Below are positions 23,606 through 35,468 of a stretch of DNA of 64,000 nucleotides, one piece after another. Where the stretch lies: NCBI GenBank assembly GCA_013115125.1, contig JABANN010000121.1, positions 1-64,000 on the forward strand, in the 5' to 3' direction. Both the position numbers and the translations under genes were made by a program. Every line of letters starts with the position of its first letter. Position 1 is the stretch's first letter. The notes under the pieces are model-generated. The model was given only the letters and a program-made list of their open reading frames with translations, ran no database searches and had not been told where the DNA came from. The stretch is from Perkinsus olseni (lineage: Eukaryota).

Positions 23606-25564
23606 ATGTGCGGCATCTTTGCGTACGTTGGAGACCGACAGGCTCTTCCTTGCCTTATTAAGGCACTCAAACGCTTGGAATATAGAGGCTATGATTCGGC
23701 CGGCGTGGGTATCCATAATGGTAAAGAGTTGAAGATCGCCAAGAAGGTCGGCAAGGTTGCTAACCTCGAGGCTTACTGTGGTGGTGTCAACAACCCGGAG
23801 TACGCCGGTACCATGGGTATTGCTCATACCCGTTGGGCTACTCATGGCGCTCCTACTGATGCCAACGCTCATCCTCACTTCACCGAGGATCGCAAGGTCG
23901 CTGTTGTCCACAATGGTATCATCGAGAACTACGCCAGTCTTCGTGAGGAGCTGATGAACAAGGGGTATCACTTCACCTCGGAGACCGATACCGAGCTCCT
24001 GGCTCACCTGGTCGCTGATGTCCGCAAGCAGATGGGACCCGACGCCTCATGGTCTGTTGTCGTTTCTTGCGCATTGGCAAACGTTACTGGTACCTACGGG
24101 GTGGTCTTCATGTTCGAGGATGAGCCCGATCTCCTCATCGGTGCTCGTAAGGGCTCTCCTCTGATCTTGGGCGTCGGTGATGGTGAGTACATGCTTGCCT
24201 CTGATGCCTCTGCGGTTGTTGAGTACACTAAGGATGTTGTCTATATCCGTGATGGTGAGCTCGTTGAGATTCGAAGGTCTGGTTATCGCGTGAGGAACAT
24301 GAGCGTGATCAGTGAACGTCGTATGTCCGTCGATGAGGATATCGACCATAACCCTCTCGTTCAGCTTGAGTTGTCCCTCGAGCAGATCGAGAAAGGTGGT
24401 TATCCCCACTTTATGCTCAAGGAGATCATGGACCAAGCTAAGTGCCTGGAGAACTCTTGCCGTGGTCGACTCTATCGACTGACTGAAGCTACTGGCATTC
24501 CGGAAGACTCCATCTCCAAAAAGTGGGGCATACGTCTCGGTGGTTTGGATGTTACATTGAACGGTAAAGATCGTACTGCTTTGGAGACCATTGCTGATGC
24601 AGACCGTATTATCATATGTGCCTGTGGTACTTCGTGGCACTCTGGCCTTATTGGAGAGTACCTCATTGAGTCTCTAGCTCGTATTAACGTTGAGGTGGAG
24701 TACGCCTCCGAGTTCCGTTATCGTAACCCTCTTCTAACCCCTAAAGACGTCGTTGTTGTCATCTCCCAATCTGGCGAAACTGCTGATACTCTCGAGGCCG
24801 TCCGTATTGCCAGGGAGTACGGCGCTACACCTATTGGTATTGTGAACACCGTCGGTTCGACTATTGCTCGCGAGACGGATGCTGGTATCTACCTTCATGC
24901 CGGTCCTGAAATCGGTGTCGCCTCTACCAAGGCCTTCACTTCGCAGGTTATGGTCCTGACCCTTTTGGCCTTGAGATTGGCTATGAGCCGAAAGACCATT
25001 GATACTGAGTACTTCGATACTCTATGTGATCAGTTGTCCGAGTTCCCCAAGACCATTGAGAAGGTTCTCAAGCTTAATGGTAAAGTTAAGGACCTTTCTA
25101 GGTTCTTCCGTTTGGCCCAGAACTTCCTCTTCCTCGGTCGCGGAATACATTATCCTGTAGCGTTGGAAGGTGCCTTGAAGTTGAAGGAGATATCTTACAT
25201 TCACGCCGAGGGGTACCCTGCTGCTGAGATGAAGCATGGTCCTATCGCCTTGATTGATCGTCTTATGCCTGTTGTCTGCATAGCTCCCAAGAGTGATCCA
25301 ACTTACGATAAGGTTAAGGCCAACATCGAGGAGGTCAAGGCTCGTAATGGTGATCTCGTGATTCTCACCGAGGAGGGAAATTACGACTTGGACAAGTTCG
25401 CCGGCGACAAGGACTTTGTCATTCGTGTGCCGACTGTCGATATTATGCTCCAGCCTATCGTCTTCACTATACCTCTACAAATGCTTTCTTACTATGTTGC
25501 CGATCTTCGCGGGTGCTCTATTGATCAACCCAAGAATCTGGCCAAATCTGTGACTGTCGAGTAA
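23606..25564 (+). CDS. glmS: GlmS/GFAT copy 3, intronless
   Basis: Same motifs as copy 1; ends PKNLAKSVTVE. Confidence 0.97.
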   Translation: MCGIFAYVGDRQALPCLIKALKRLEYRGYDSAGVGIHNGKELKIAKKVGKVANLEAYCGGVNNPEYAGTMGIAHTRWATHGAPTDANAHPHFTEDRKVAVVHNGIIENYASLREELMNKGYHFTSETDTELLAHLVADVRKQMGPDASWSVVVSCALANVTGTYGVVFMFEDEPDLLIGARKGSPLILGVGDGEYMLASDASAVVEYTKDVVYIRDGELVEIRRSGYRVRNMSVISERRMSVDEDIDHNPLVQLELSLEQIEKGGYPHFMLKEIMDQAKCLENSCRGRLYRLTEATGIPEDSISKKWGIRLGGLDVTLNGKDRTALETIADADRIIICACGTSWHSGLIGEYLIESLARINVEVEYASEFRYRNPLLTPKDVVVVISQSGETADTLEAVRIAREYGATPIGIVNTVGSTIARETDAGIYLHAGPEIGVASTKAFTSQVMVLTLLALRLAMSRKTIDTEYFDTLCDQLSEFPKTIEKVLKLNGKVKDLSRFFRLAQNFLFLGRGIHYPVALEGALKLKEISYIHAEGYPAAEMKHGPIALIDRLMPVVCIAPKSDPTYDKVKANIEEVKARNGDLVILTEEGNYDLDKFAGDKDFVIRVPTVDIMLQPIVFTIPLQMLSYYVADLRGCSIDQPKNLAKSVTVE

Positions 25565-26288
25565 ATGCAAGGAGTGCATTGCTTGCTGCTCGCTCGTGTT
25601 CGGGCGGAGCACAACGACCTTGGTCCTTTGTACTGATTCTGTTCGTGATCGTACGCTTTTCTCCTCGTGCTCCTGAGGTGCATACAATGCTATCAGCTAT
25701 CGTTCATTGCTCAGTATCGTGCTGTGATCAATCCATATTTCGCAGCCGTTCTCAAACTCAACTCTTGTACATTCTCCTTTTTTCTCATGAGCCCAGTAGA
25801 GTGTTTTGCGTTGACTGTTGGTCCAAGCAGAAAGGAATATTTTCGCTGAGTTGCACGGATATAGGGAATTCGGGCGAAGTTGTCTGGAATCGAACCCGGG
25901 CGAGGCGCATGGTAATTGCAGCCTCCAACCGCCGGGCTAATATGATGCAGGAAAGAGGACTCTTTACTTCGCTTACTCCGACGAATAGGTCTCCTATTCA
26001 TGGGGCACTCATATCGGACTTCATTATTCATAGGCACTGCGTATACGGGCCCAACCGCCGTACCCCACCGTCACGGAGGGTACCGTTAGCGGAGGATAGT
26101 TTCCGAGAAGAAAGACACGCGTGGTCAGGAGTCTTCATGTGAAATATATATCTTTCGATTACCACAGGTTTCAATCCTCTTCGTGCGACTGATCTCGTAT
26201 TCAGCGGCGCAACCTCGTAGGAATGATCATCCCCACTTTGACAACGCAAGGTGCGATCTCAACTCGCATAACAGGAAGAAACGAGTCA

Positions 26289-27163
26289 CTAGTGGCTCGC
26301 AATCGCTGAATCGAGATCGCCTCGGACAACATCCACTGCTTGCCAGACCTCCAGCGTGGTAGCTGCCAGAGAATGAGGATGCAGCCAGGAATGGCAAACA
26401 GAAAACACGAGATACTCACCCGCTTCGGTCAGCCACTCATTGATCTCCGCACGCGTCGTGCCCGTTGTTGACCGCAAGTGACAGACAGCTCCGGGAAGGC
26501 TGAAAAAGCACTCTTAGAAACAGAAACCAACCCATGAGACCTACTCCCCTTTGTCCAAACACCGAGCGGCGCGTGTTATACTGTTGAGGTTTTTGGATGT
26601 AGGGTCTGTGAAGGGCAGAAGAGAAGTTCGGTAAACTGAAAAGGGAAGCTTCCGTGTAATACAAGCGGCTGCTTATAAACAGCTTTTACGACTCAACTGA
26701 AGCTGGCACCATCGCATCAACTTACACTCCTCGGGGGCGTCATCTGCTCCCTCCGATTTCATCTCGTCAGCATCGTTCCTGTCCAGCCGATAGAGGGAGG
26801 CAAAAACACGAGCCATGACCGTTCCCATCATGGTGCTTTTCTCGGGCATGAATGCCGAAGTCAGAATACGAGGCAACTGCCGCTCAAAACGGACCTGAAT
26901 TCCATCGAGATAAGTAGTCGTCCCATCAACATGCGACGCGGAAAGCCTTGGTAGAGAGAGTAAAGTTCGTATTCTCTGTCGGAAACAGCGATAATTCGAA
27001 TACACATCTCGACCAACTGTTTCTCGGAATCTTCACGAAGGCCAAGGAAAGGTCTTACTTTGAGAGCACCAGCGCTGTAAACAGGGGGCATCGGAGAGGG
27101 AAGAGTATCCAGAACGGCGTACTTGGTCTCCGTACGGATCGAAGGCAGCTGAGAGGAAGCCAA
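26289..27163 (-). CDS. Hypothetical multi-exon protein
   Basis: Open exon-like segments separated by short introns; no family recognised. Confidence 0.35.
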
Positions 27164-27699
27164 TTTATCGAAAAGTGAATTCTAACTTCAAATTTGACGG
27201 GCGATGGCTTCCGGGCCGAAATTTCGAGCGGTATTTGGGCAGATGCTATTGTCGACGGAGGACCGGTTTCCTTGCGCGGGAGGGCCAGGACCGCTAGACC
27301 TCCTACAAACCGGGTTCAGGATCGTACCATGGAGTTCAACCAGATTGTCTGCCAGCGGAATGGACGTGGACAAGTGGACCGAGGAGAAGCGCCCTCTCTA
27401 CGATGCTCTCGCGGAGCAGTACGATACCACGTCGGATGTGGTGGCGTGATCCGAGGCCGATCGCTTCATGGTGTGTCGCGTTGCTTCGGCCCTTATGCAT
27501 AACGCTTCACAACGGGTCAAGTCAAACTTCCCCAAACCTGGGAGCCCCCATCAAGAAAGCTAAAAGTAGTTCGAAGTAGTCCCGCCAAGTTTGAGAGTTC
27601 ACAATCGTCTCTCTACTGTTGAGTTGCCACCCGGAAAGCCAGTGGCACGGGCGTGCTCTAGATGCGCAATATGACGGTGAATGCAGAACAAATGGGAAA

Positions 27700-30600
27700 G
27701 AAGGCCGTCAGCTTAGTAAGGTTGATCTGGCCTTTAAAAGGCCCTTCCTCGCGGTACGGTCCATTCGATAAGCGCACTCCGGAGTTAAGATATACGACTC
27801 GTTACTCACCTTCGTGAACTCCTCGATGATTCCCCGAACATCACCTTCATCATGCATCAAGTCCATCGACAGGGACATAGCAGCTTGGCTGGCGAACGCC
27901 ACTGAGCGAGTGAATGAAAACTTCACTGCGCCACGAAATTAACGAAGCCTACCATTCATGGCGGCCTCCTTATCTTCGTTGAGAGAGTTTAGGGCGACCT
28001 CGAGCGCCGCCACCTCGCCTTTCAGGGAAGCCACATCTACCTAAACATCGAGTTCATGCATGCAACTGCTATACCACTCCTCCGCTAAATCTCCTACCGC
28101 ATGATCAGCCATAACCGAGTCCAAACGCTCAGCAAAGTCAAGCTTCATATCAGCCATCTCATCAGTGACCATATCCAGCTGACGAAAAAACATCCTCACC
28201 GGGAATCGATCCCGAGACTCTCCCCCCCCCCACCTCTTCTTCATAGTGGGCTCTCGCCGCTTCCTTTGCCTCCGCTTCGGCGGCTTGAACCTTATCTACC
28301 ACTTGGGCGGCCTCATCGAATATCCTGCCTGTCATATCGGCAATCTTCTCGACCAACTCCTGCGTCGAGAGACCTGAATGACAGCGGCGCAGTACGTCAT
28401 AACCAAACTGCCAAAACTCCAGCTATTGCCGACTTAGCAACGAAGCACTATAGTTTTCAACCGGGGAGCATCACCTATCCCTGATACTAGCAAGCCCCTT
28501 CCGCTCTATCTTCAGCTTAACATCACTGAAGCAACGGCGCCAGTCGAAGGGAAACGGAGACGACTTGCACCGCTTGCGCTTACTCCCGGCTTCGAGATCG
28601 ATCTAAGCGAACGCTCTCGATCACTTACCTCGACATCGCCGCCGTTCCAGCTCCATGATCCCCTCTCTGGTGTCGGGATCGACAGGCTCCTCTTCTTCAG
28701 GAGTAGCAGTTTCCGGAGCGACCTCGGGAGGAATCGTATCCTTCTTCTCTGTGACATCCTCGCGCGATTCCTGCTCTCCCTCTCCCGTCGAGGTAACCAC
28801 CTGATCATCTACAAGCATAGGGGACAGTCCAGATTTCCGAACTCTCACGCGAGTCTCAAATAGATACCTATCACCATTTCTTGTCCGACGTAACGTGTCC
28901 AACCACTCCGTCTACCTACTGAGCTCATAACATTCACCCGTCATTCCCTTTTGCATTCATGCTCTATCGATTGCAAACAATTGTCAGATGCAGATTTCAG
29001 TCCTAAAGTTCATCATTCCTGAATGCGGCGCGCAGAGCTGACCCCGCTGAAAACAAATTCGGTAACTCCGGATTCAAAACGCAAATATTTCAGCGTCCGC
29101 GAAAATTCCACCGCACTGCGGTGACCGCAGAGCCTGAGCCCGCAGAATCCCACTGAGATTCCGAGCTAGTCTGCGGGCGGTCCGTGTGAGGAGTACCGCA
29201 CCGCCATGATACACGATCCGCCACACAGCACCAGTCGAACCTCAGGAACCGAACCCCACCGGAAATAGGGATATCACATTTGCTCAGAACAGTTCACGCT
29301 ATCCATAGTGGTCTAGAAAATGGACTACTACCTCTGCCGCAGGCGCTTCCTCCTTGCCCTGCTCTTCTTCCGCCACTGAGCCTCCTTTCACACTAGAAGG
29401 ACTCCCATCCTCGCCGGGAACTTTCTGCTCGTCATGCTGAGCATCTCCATTTGGCAGGTCCTCCGCCACAGACGGAGGACTCTCTCGCTCACTCGGAAAA
29501 TCCTCTTGCTCGCTCGTAGGATGCGCTTGCTCATTAGGAAGAACCATTTGTTCAGTAGGAAGATTCTCTCGATCACTCGAGGCGCTCTCTAGATCTCTCG
29601 AGAGCTCCGTTCGCTCGCCGGACTGAACCTCCTGCTCCTTCTCTTCAACCCGAGCCGCGGTGCCCTCGGTGGTACTTCCCTCCGCTGACTGCGCCTCAGT
29701 CTCCGCATCACCCTGAACGGGCGACTCCGTCGGAGCCGGCTCTTCGACGACAGGGGGAGGGTTAATCTCCGTCGCCTTGGCACTCTGCGCCACTTCCACC
29801 GCCTTCGCTACGGAGGTCGAGGTAGGAGCTTCATCCGCCCTGAAAGGCACGCTATACCCCAGGAAGCTAACGGAGAACTCAGAGGAACCCGAGAATTTCG
29901 CAAACTTTCGCCTGGCCACCTCCTACACAATCTCCGCAGCGGGTTTCAATCGAGGAGTCGAAAACAAACGCATCGACACAGAGCAACAGTTCGCCGACGA
30001 GAAGAGCGTGCCCAGGTGAAATTTCCATCTGCATTCTCTCCTCGTAGTGTCACTGATCAATAGCGAAAACGAACTTTGGATCAACTTTCGCCTCGCCATT
30101 TCCCCACGCTCTACGATCAACTTTGACCGACTCCACCGCCTCGCGTGCACTTACTTCCCCAAAAACTTCTTAACCTCCGGGAACTCATCAAGATGGTTGT
30201 TTATGTAAAAACCGGCTCCCGCTCCAGTACCAGCCGCCAGGGCAACGAAGCGAGGTCCCCAGCCTGATGGAGAGGATAACAGATTTCCAGGCAAACCAAC
30301 CCCGTTTCGAACTACTTCGAAAGACGATGAGGCAAAAAGCTCGGGGATCGACTTTCAACAATAGTCTTACACAGCCATCACAGACCTAGACGGTTCGGCG
30401 TGCATTATCGTCAAGATTGAAGTCTCTCGCTCACCAAGACGAGAAGAAGACTGTCAAAGCTCGGCGGTACGTGGGATGGCAGGAGCGAGACGCCATCGTA
30501 AAATCACTCTGCTCGCTCTACGATTCCCTCCACCGATGGCCCGGGCGAAGCTTGATATATCGACTAAACCGGGTTGAGCCAACCCCACGCCCACCCGTTG

Positions 30601-30722
30601 TGCGTACCGAATTTCCTCCTACTAGCTGCAGCCGCCGCTCCCGCTGATGCTGTTTTCTGGGCAGAGGTCTTCACTGCCTCCTCAAGGAGATATCTACTTG
30701 ACCGTATTGCATTTGAGTTCAT
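27700..30722 (-). CDS. Putative mitochondrial inner-membrane protein (N-terminal TM, acidic linker, coiled coil; possibly Mic60-like)
   Basis: Ala/Ser/Arg-rich N-terminus (AVKTSAQKTASAGAAAAASRRKF), TM-like FVALAAGTGAGAGFYI, E/P/S-rich 29299-29919 and coiled-coil exons 27950-28360. That these form one gene is inferred. Confidence 0.4.
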
Positions 30723-30860
30723 AGAGAATGGTCAAATAATTGAATAGAAAAAGTCAAACCTAACCGAGCAAATCACAAACAGCTCAAAACTTCGAAGTGT
30801 ATCAGCAATCAGCCGCCTCCGGATCACCAAACCAAAGCTAGAAGTGCCAGAAACTCTCAG

Positions 30861-33100
30861 TCATTTCGACCGCCATCCGAGCATCGCCATCAGTTTATCA
30901 ACAAGAGACTCAGTTTCAGTTACATGCTCTTCGTCTTCCTCCTCAGGCAGCTCCCCATCCCACTCGGAATCTCGTATCCGCTCAAGCTCCAATTTTCTGT
31001 CGTGATTCGGCATTTCAAACGAGTGCAGCGGGTCATCATCCTGCTGGTATTTTCGCTCTAACGGATGCCGCTCGGCGATCGGGGGCCGTGGAGGAGCAAT
31101 AGGGGTCGGGTCCCAACTAACCGAAATCAGCAAACTCATTGGGAGGTTCAAAACGAGCACATCCGCTACACGTGCGGGAAAATTGAAAAATTCATGCCAT
31201 CAAATTCAGTTACCATTTGCACGTCAGTTTCGCAGCACCAGCGGACGAGCTTCTCATTGTGCTGCAAGATTGCCTCCGTTGGGACCAATGTGAGATTTTG
31301 AACTAGCTAACTGTCCAGGTACTATTGCATAACTCGGAGAGGTTTCGAACAAAGCTCTTCGATCGACCTCCGCGCGCAAGATCCAATACTGCCCTTGAAC
31401 TGTTGACGCCCATATCTATAATCCTTCTCTCCTCCCCGTCTTCCGTGGGAGAGGCTGCATTTCATTCAAGGGCACCAAGCAGCACGCAAGCTCCCAGCTC
31501 GAGCGATGGGAGAATCATTGCGTCATTGGGCCCGTCAGACCTCCGAGATCCGGAATCCGGATCCTCCCTCCATACTACATTTCCCGTATGCCCTCATGTA
31601 TGTAATCGTACTCTCCATCAGGGTTGGCGATGATTCGTATGATTCCTCCAAGCGACATTGCAGCAAGAATGGCGTTGAAAGGTATGAGCTTCCAAAATCG
31701 ATCACCTGATCGATCGCAACCCGTCCGCTCGAGCACTGGCGGAAGCCGCAAGACAACAGCAGCAAGAGTGAATCAACGACAGGGATATAGGGTCATCCGG
31801 AAAGGAAATTGAACTTCAGGTAGGGGATATAACCAGGGAGTGAGAGTTAGAAAACTTCTTCACAATTTACTACCTTCTCCGCCTTCCACAGCATAGGTGA
31901 ACTGCGACGGATACCTGTGTTGGGCACACAGCCGAAGTCCTCGAGTAGGAATGATGCGGAGCATTATGAACGGCTCCAACTTTACAAGATCAGCTGTGCG
32001 ACGCCGAACTGCTTGTAATTGCTGAGGAGACCTCTCATTGGTGGACCCGCCAAGAAACAGAAATTAAGAACAGTTTGCCGCAGGGTAATTCAAATCCGGT
32101 AATTAATATCGGACGTTCTCTGCTGCACATGTTGCTGCAAGCGTCGCCCTACCACGCACAGGATAACTACCTACACTTACTCTTCATACCATTTCGGCGC
32201 GGCATGATGTCCCCCATTCTCGGTTGGTATGGGAGACCCATCGACCAAAAACGCACTGCTCGAAGAGTGAGTTGAAAAACTTCATGACTTCTCAGGTTCC
32301 TTGACCACGGATCACAGAATCTTTAATATCTATTCACATCTTGGAATCGCGACTCTTTCGGTCGGAACCTGATCAATTGGTATCAACATGAAGAGTCGGC
32401 CACCGCGTAACTAATTGCAACTTATCTCGCGAGTCCCATTTTTTCCAGACAGTAATGCGTGAAAAACCAGGTATAAACCGCTTAGCAACTCCAGTGAAGA
32501 GACGCCTCTTTAATGGCAGAACGATTCCTCTCTACTGTCACTTATGTCATAAGATTTCGTTTCATGCACCCTACAAGCGCTCGTCCCCCAGTCTCTGTAA
32601 CTTGTGCAAATGTAAAACGGCGCTCCAAAACTGGCATAGAATTCTTCTCTCGTCTTACAAGGTTCTCATCAACCTCCGCGTCATCGGCAGCTCATCAGGA
32701 TTCAATAATACGAAGAATATCATACCGATGCTTGTCAACCCAATCATGCTCCCGAACACTGAGAATCTCTCGCGATCTGACAGAAGCGAGCAACCTAAAA
32801 TCAATCTCTCACTTCACTGGAGCATCCAATGATTTTGAACACTCAAAAAGACCGCCAATACCGTGCAATCACGCGTGGTTGGGACGAGTGCGCGGTTCTC
32901 CGTTGTCTGTATCCCATACGGTATAAGTGGACGGTACCATGGGGAGCTATCCTTAATGCGAACATGTTAGAATCACTCCAATTGCCTGTTACATGCATCC
33001 CGCGCATGAGTAGCGCATGCGTTCGATCAGTGTTCGACCCTCGAATTTGCAGTCTTCCATACAGCGTCCTCCCCAGGCAGATAACTATTACACGTGACTC
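30861..33100 (-). CDS. Hypothetical multi-exon membrane protein (boundaries uncertain)
   Basis: Last exon PTPIAPPRPP...LMAMLGWRSK*; TM-like exon FSVFGSMIGLTSIGMIFFVLL near 32700-32770; many short introns. Confidence 0.35.
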
Positions 33101-33387
33101 TCCTTCCTTCTCTGGTCGATAATGTAGATCTCCTCGGATTCTCGAAATAGGTCCAATTGAGTCGAACAGGGGGCCGACGGAACATCACCACGAGGAAAGG
33201 AAACCTCCTAAGGGGGAAATCATCCCAACTTGAGTTCGTAATTGATCAATTAATCGTTACGTTAGTCAAGACAACTACCGCCATCTCACAAAAAACCTCA
33301 GCAGTGGCCCCTTCCATACCCCCCTTCGAAGAACACAGCTACGCGGTGGTCATCACTGAAACATCGTATCATAGAAAAACTTCGCTC

Positions 33388-33899
33388 TTAATATTTTCTG
33401 CCCTCTATCAGGGCCTTTTCTCTTCTCGCCCTCCGCCCACTCATAAAACCAGTAATTAGGATTATTCCGACTCCTACCGGATACACCCATCTCCATGCAG
33501 GCGCTGAGCGGTCTTCAATCGTAGGACCACCGGTGGGATTAGCCCAAGCTGAAAACACCCGCACTGGGAATCGAACTCGCGATCTGCATCTAAGGTCCAA
33601 TCCCAGTTCGTCAGATTTCGCGTCAATGATCCGACCAGCCCCCAGGATATCACGCACACTACAAAATTGAGAAGCTGTCCAAATCTCGTCCCTCATTCAC
33701 ATGCGGCCAGTAACTGGGGAAATCGCGAGCTACTACTGATCGGGTTTCCAACATCTTTGGATTTATTCTCATTCTGTTGGCCCTCCTCGCTTTGATTTTC
33801 CTCTTCCTTTCCCGCAGTGCAGAATCTCCTTGTCATTACAAGCCGGCGACTCTGCCTCGCCAAGAGCCCTCTCGGCACTGAGCGGATGACGACTGACAT
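33388..33899 (-). CDS. Small putative mitochondrial single-TM protein
   Basis: Presequence-like MSVVIRSVPRGLLARQSRRLVMTRRFC and TM-like WRWVYPVGVGIILITGFM. Confidence 0.45.
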
Positions 33900-34565
33900 T
33901 GACCGAGAAAACTGAAGTCGCCGAGGAGATCAGCATTCCTTCTAGGTGTCATTCCGAGGCCCCGAGCCGGCTGTATCGATCTCTTTCAATATCGGAAGCA
34001 TGAAGCCATAACATCCATCCTTCAACCATCGGCTAGACCGTTCCGTAGATCAGAGGGTACCCTCATACAACATTGAACTCGGAGCGGTACAGTGACTAAG
34101 GATCTTCACAGACGATGAAAGGATCGGCTCCCCTCAGTAATGGTTTGGGACGAACGTTGAGTAACTATCCAGCGTACTGACGAACCACGACATGTGTCTC
34201 CGCCGCATCTAGGACACCCTTGGTATGAGTGCGTGTAACCATCCCATGGGTGCCCAAATGAGAAACCGCAATTCGAATTCAAGCACAAATCAGAAGGCGC
34301 GTCGACCCAACCCACTGACCCAGCCCCCCCCCCCCGCCATTTCCGACTGGGATCTCACTCTACACAACAATAGGTTCCATATCTATAACATGGCAATTCT
34401 GCGGCGCGGTGACGATTTCCGGAACATGGCGGGAACTCTCATTGCCTCAATGCGGCGAGCCTGAAAAATACACCTTACCACAACTTCACCAACTTGGCGA
34501 ACAGCCTCGAAGCCTTTCTCGCAGACCTCGCTACCCGCAACACTTAAGGCTGAATTATCGACTCC

Positions 34566-35468
34566 TTAACAGTTTCTTCTCTTCTTATCACCATTGCCCG
34601 CCTGTTCTGGGGACTTCTCTTGCGATAGATGCTCGCCTTGGGCTTCCCGAGGTGGGCTGTCAACTAGCTCAGAAGACTCCTTCTCAGGCGGGCTCTCGAC
34701 CTGCTCGGGAGACTCCTTGTTAGGGGGGCTTTCGAGCTCTTCCGGGGACTCATTTTCTGCAGTGCTTTCACCCTGTTCAAAAGACTCCTTCACAGGAGGG
34801 ATCTCGACCTGCTCTAAAGAGTTATCCGCGGGGGACCTCTCGAGTCGTTCAGGCTTCGACTCTTCTACCGCTGAATTGTCCACTTGTTCAAACAACTCCT
34901 CTTCTACTAGCTTGTCGGGTTGTTCGGTTTCCGACTCCTTTCCTGCTGGACCCTCGACTGGCACCTTCTCTGGAAGGCTGTTGACTCGTTCGGACGACTC
35001 CTCCCGAGATGCACTGTCGACTGGTCCGGACGAGGCCTTTTCTGGACGGCCTTCAGAGGCCCCACTCTCCGACGGGCTCTCCGTTTGTTCAGACGCCTCC
35101 TCTGGGTTGTCGACTACTCCAGGGGACTCCTTCTCTGGTGTGCTCTTGGCTTCCGCAGCCGATGCCTCCGCTGGACTGTCGACTGCTTCGGGAGCCTCTT
35201 TCCTTGGTGGGCTGTCAAGTCGGTCAGACGTCTCCTCTCGTACGGTACTGCCAACTCCTTCGGAAGATTCCTTCTCGGATGATAGCTCTGCATCCCCGTG
35301 AGGCTGCTCTTTTGAAGGCTTCTCATCTCCAACCTTCACCGGGACTTCCGCGGCATTGCCTCTAGATCCAGTGGAGACTGAGTCGCGCCCTGAAAGGACG
35401 CGAAAGCCCTCCTTTGAAATCGTGACACTCATCTCGAAAAATCCTGCCACTCTCCACAACAGACGCAC
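34566..35468 (-). CDS. Exon of a Glu/Ser/Pro-rich repetitive protein (gene probably extends to ~36640 and ~34100)
   Basis: About 300 aa open frame with ~12-aa degenerate repeats ESxExVDSPPxK. Confidence 0.6.
   Translation of the reverse strand: MRLLWRVAGFFEMSVTISKEGFRVLSGRDSVSTGSRGNAAEVPVKVGDEKPSKEQPHGDAELSSEKESSEGVGSTVREETSDRLDSPPRKEAPEAVDSPAEASAAEAKSTPEKESPGVVDNPEEASEQTESPSESGASEGRPEKASSGPVDSASREESSERVNSLPEKVPVEGPAGKESETEQPDKLVEEELFEQVDNSAVEESKPERLERSPADNSLEQVEIPPVKESFEQGESTAENESPEELESPPNKESPEQVESPPEKESSELVDSPPREAQGEHLSQEKSPEQAGNGDKKRRNC

Noticed and set aside
33540-33610. GTTCGATTCCC T-loop-like motif on the minus strand (similar at ~25890)
   Set aside because: No T-stem or cloverleaf.
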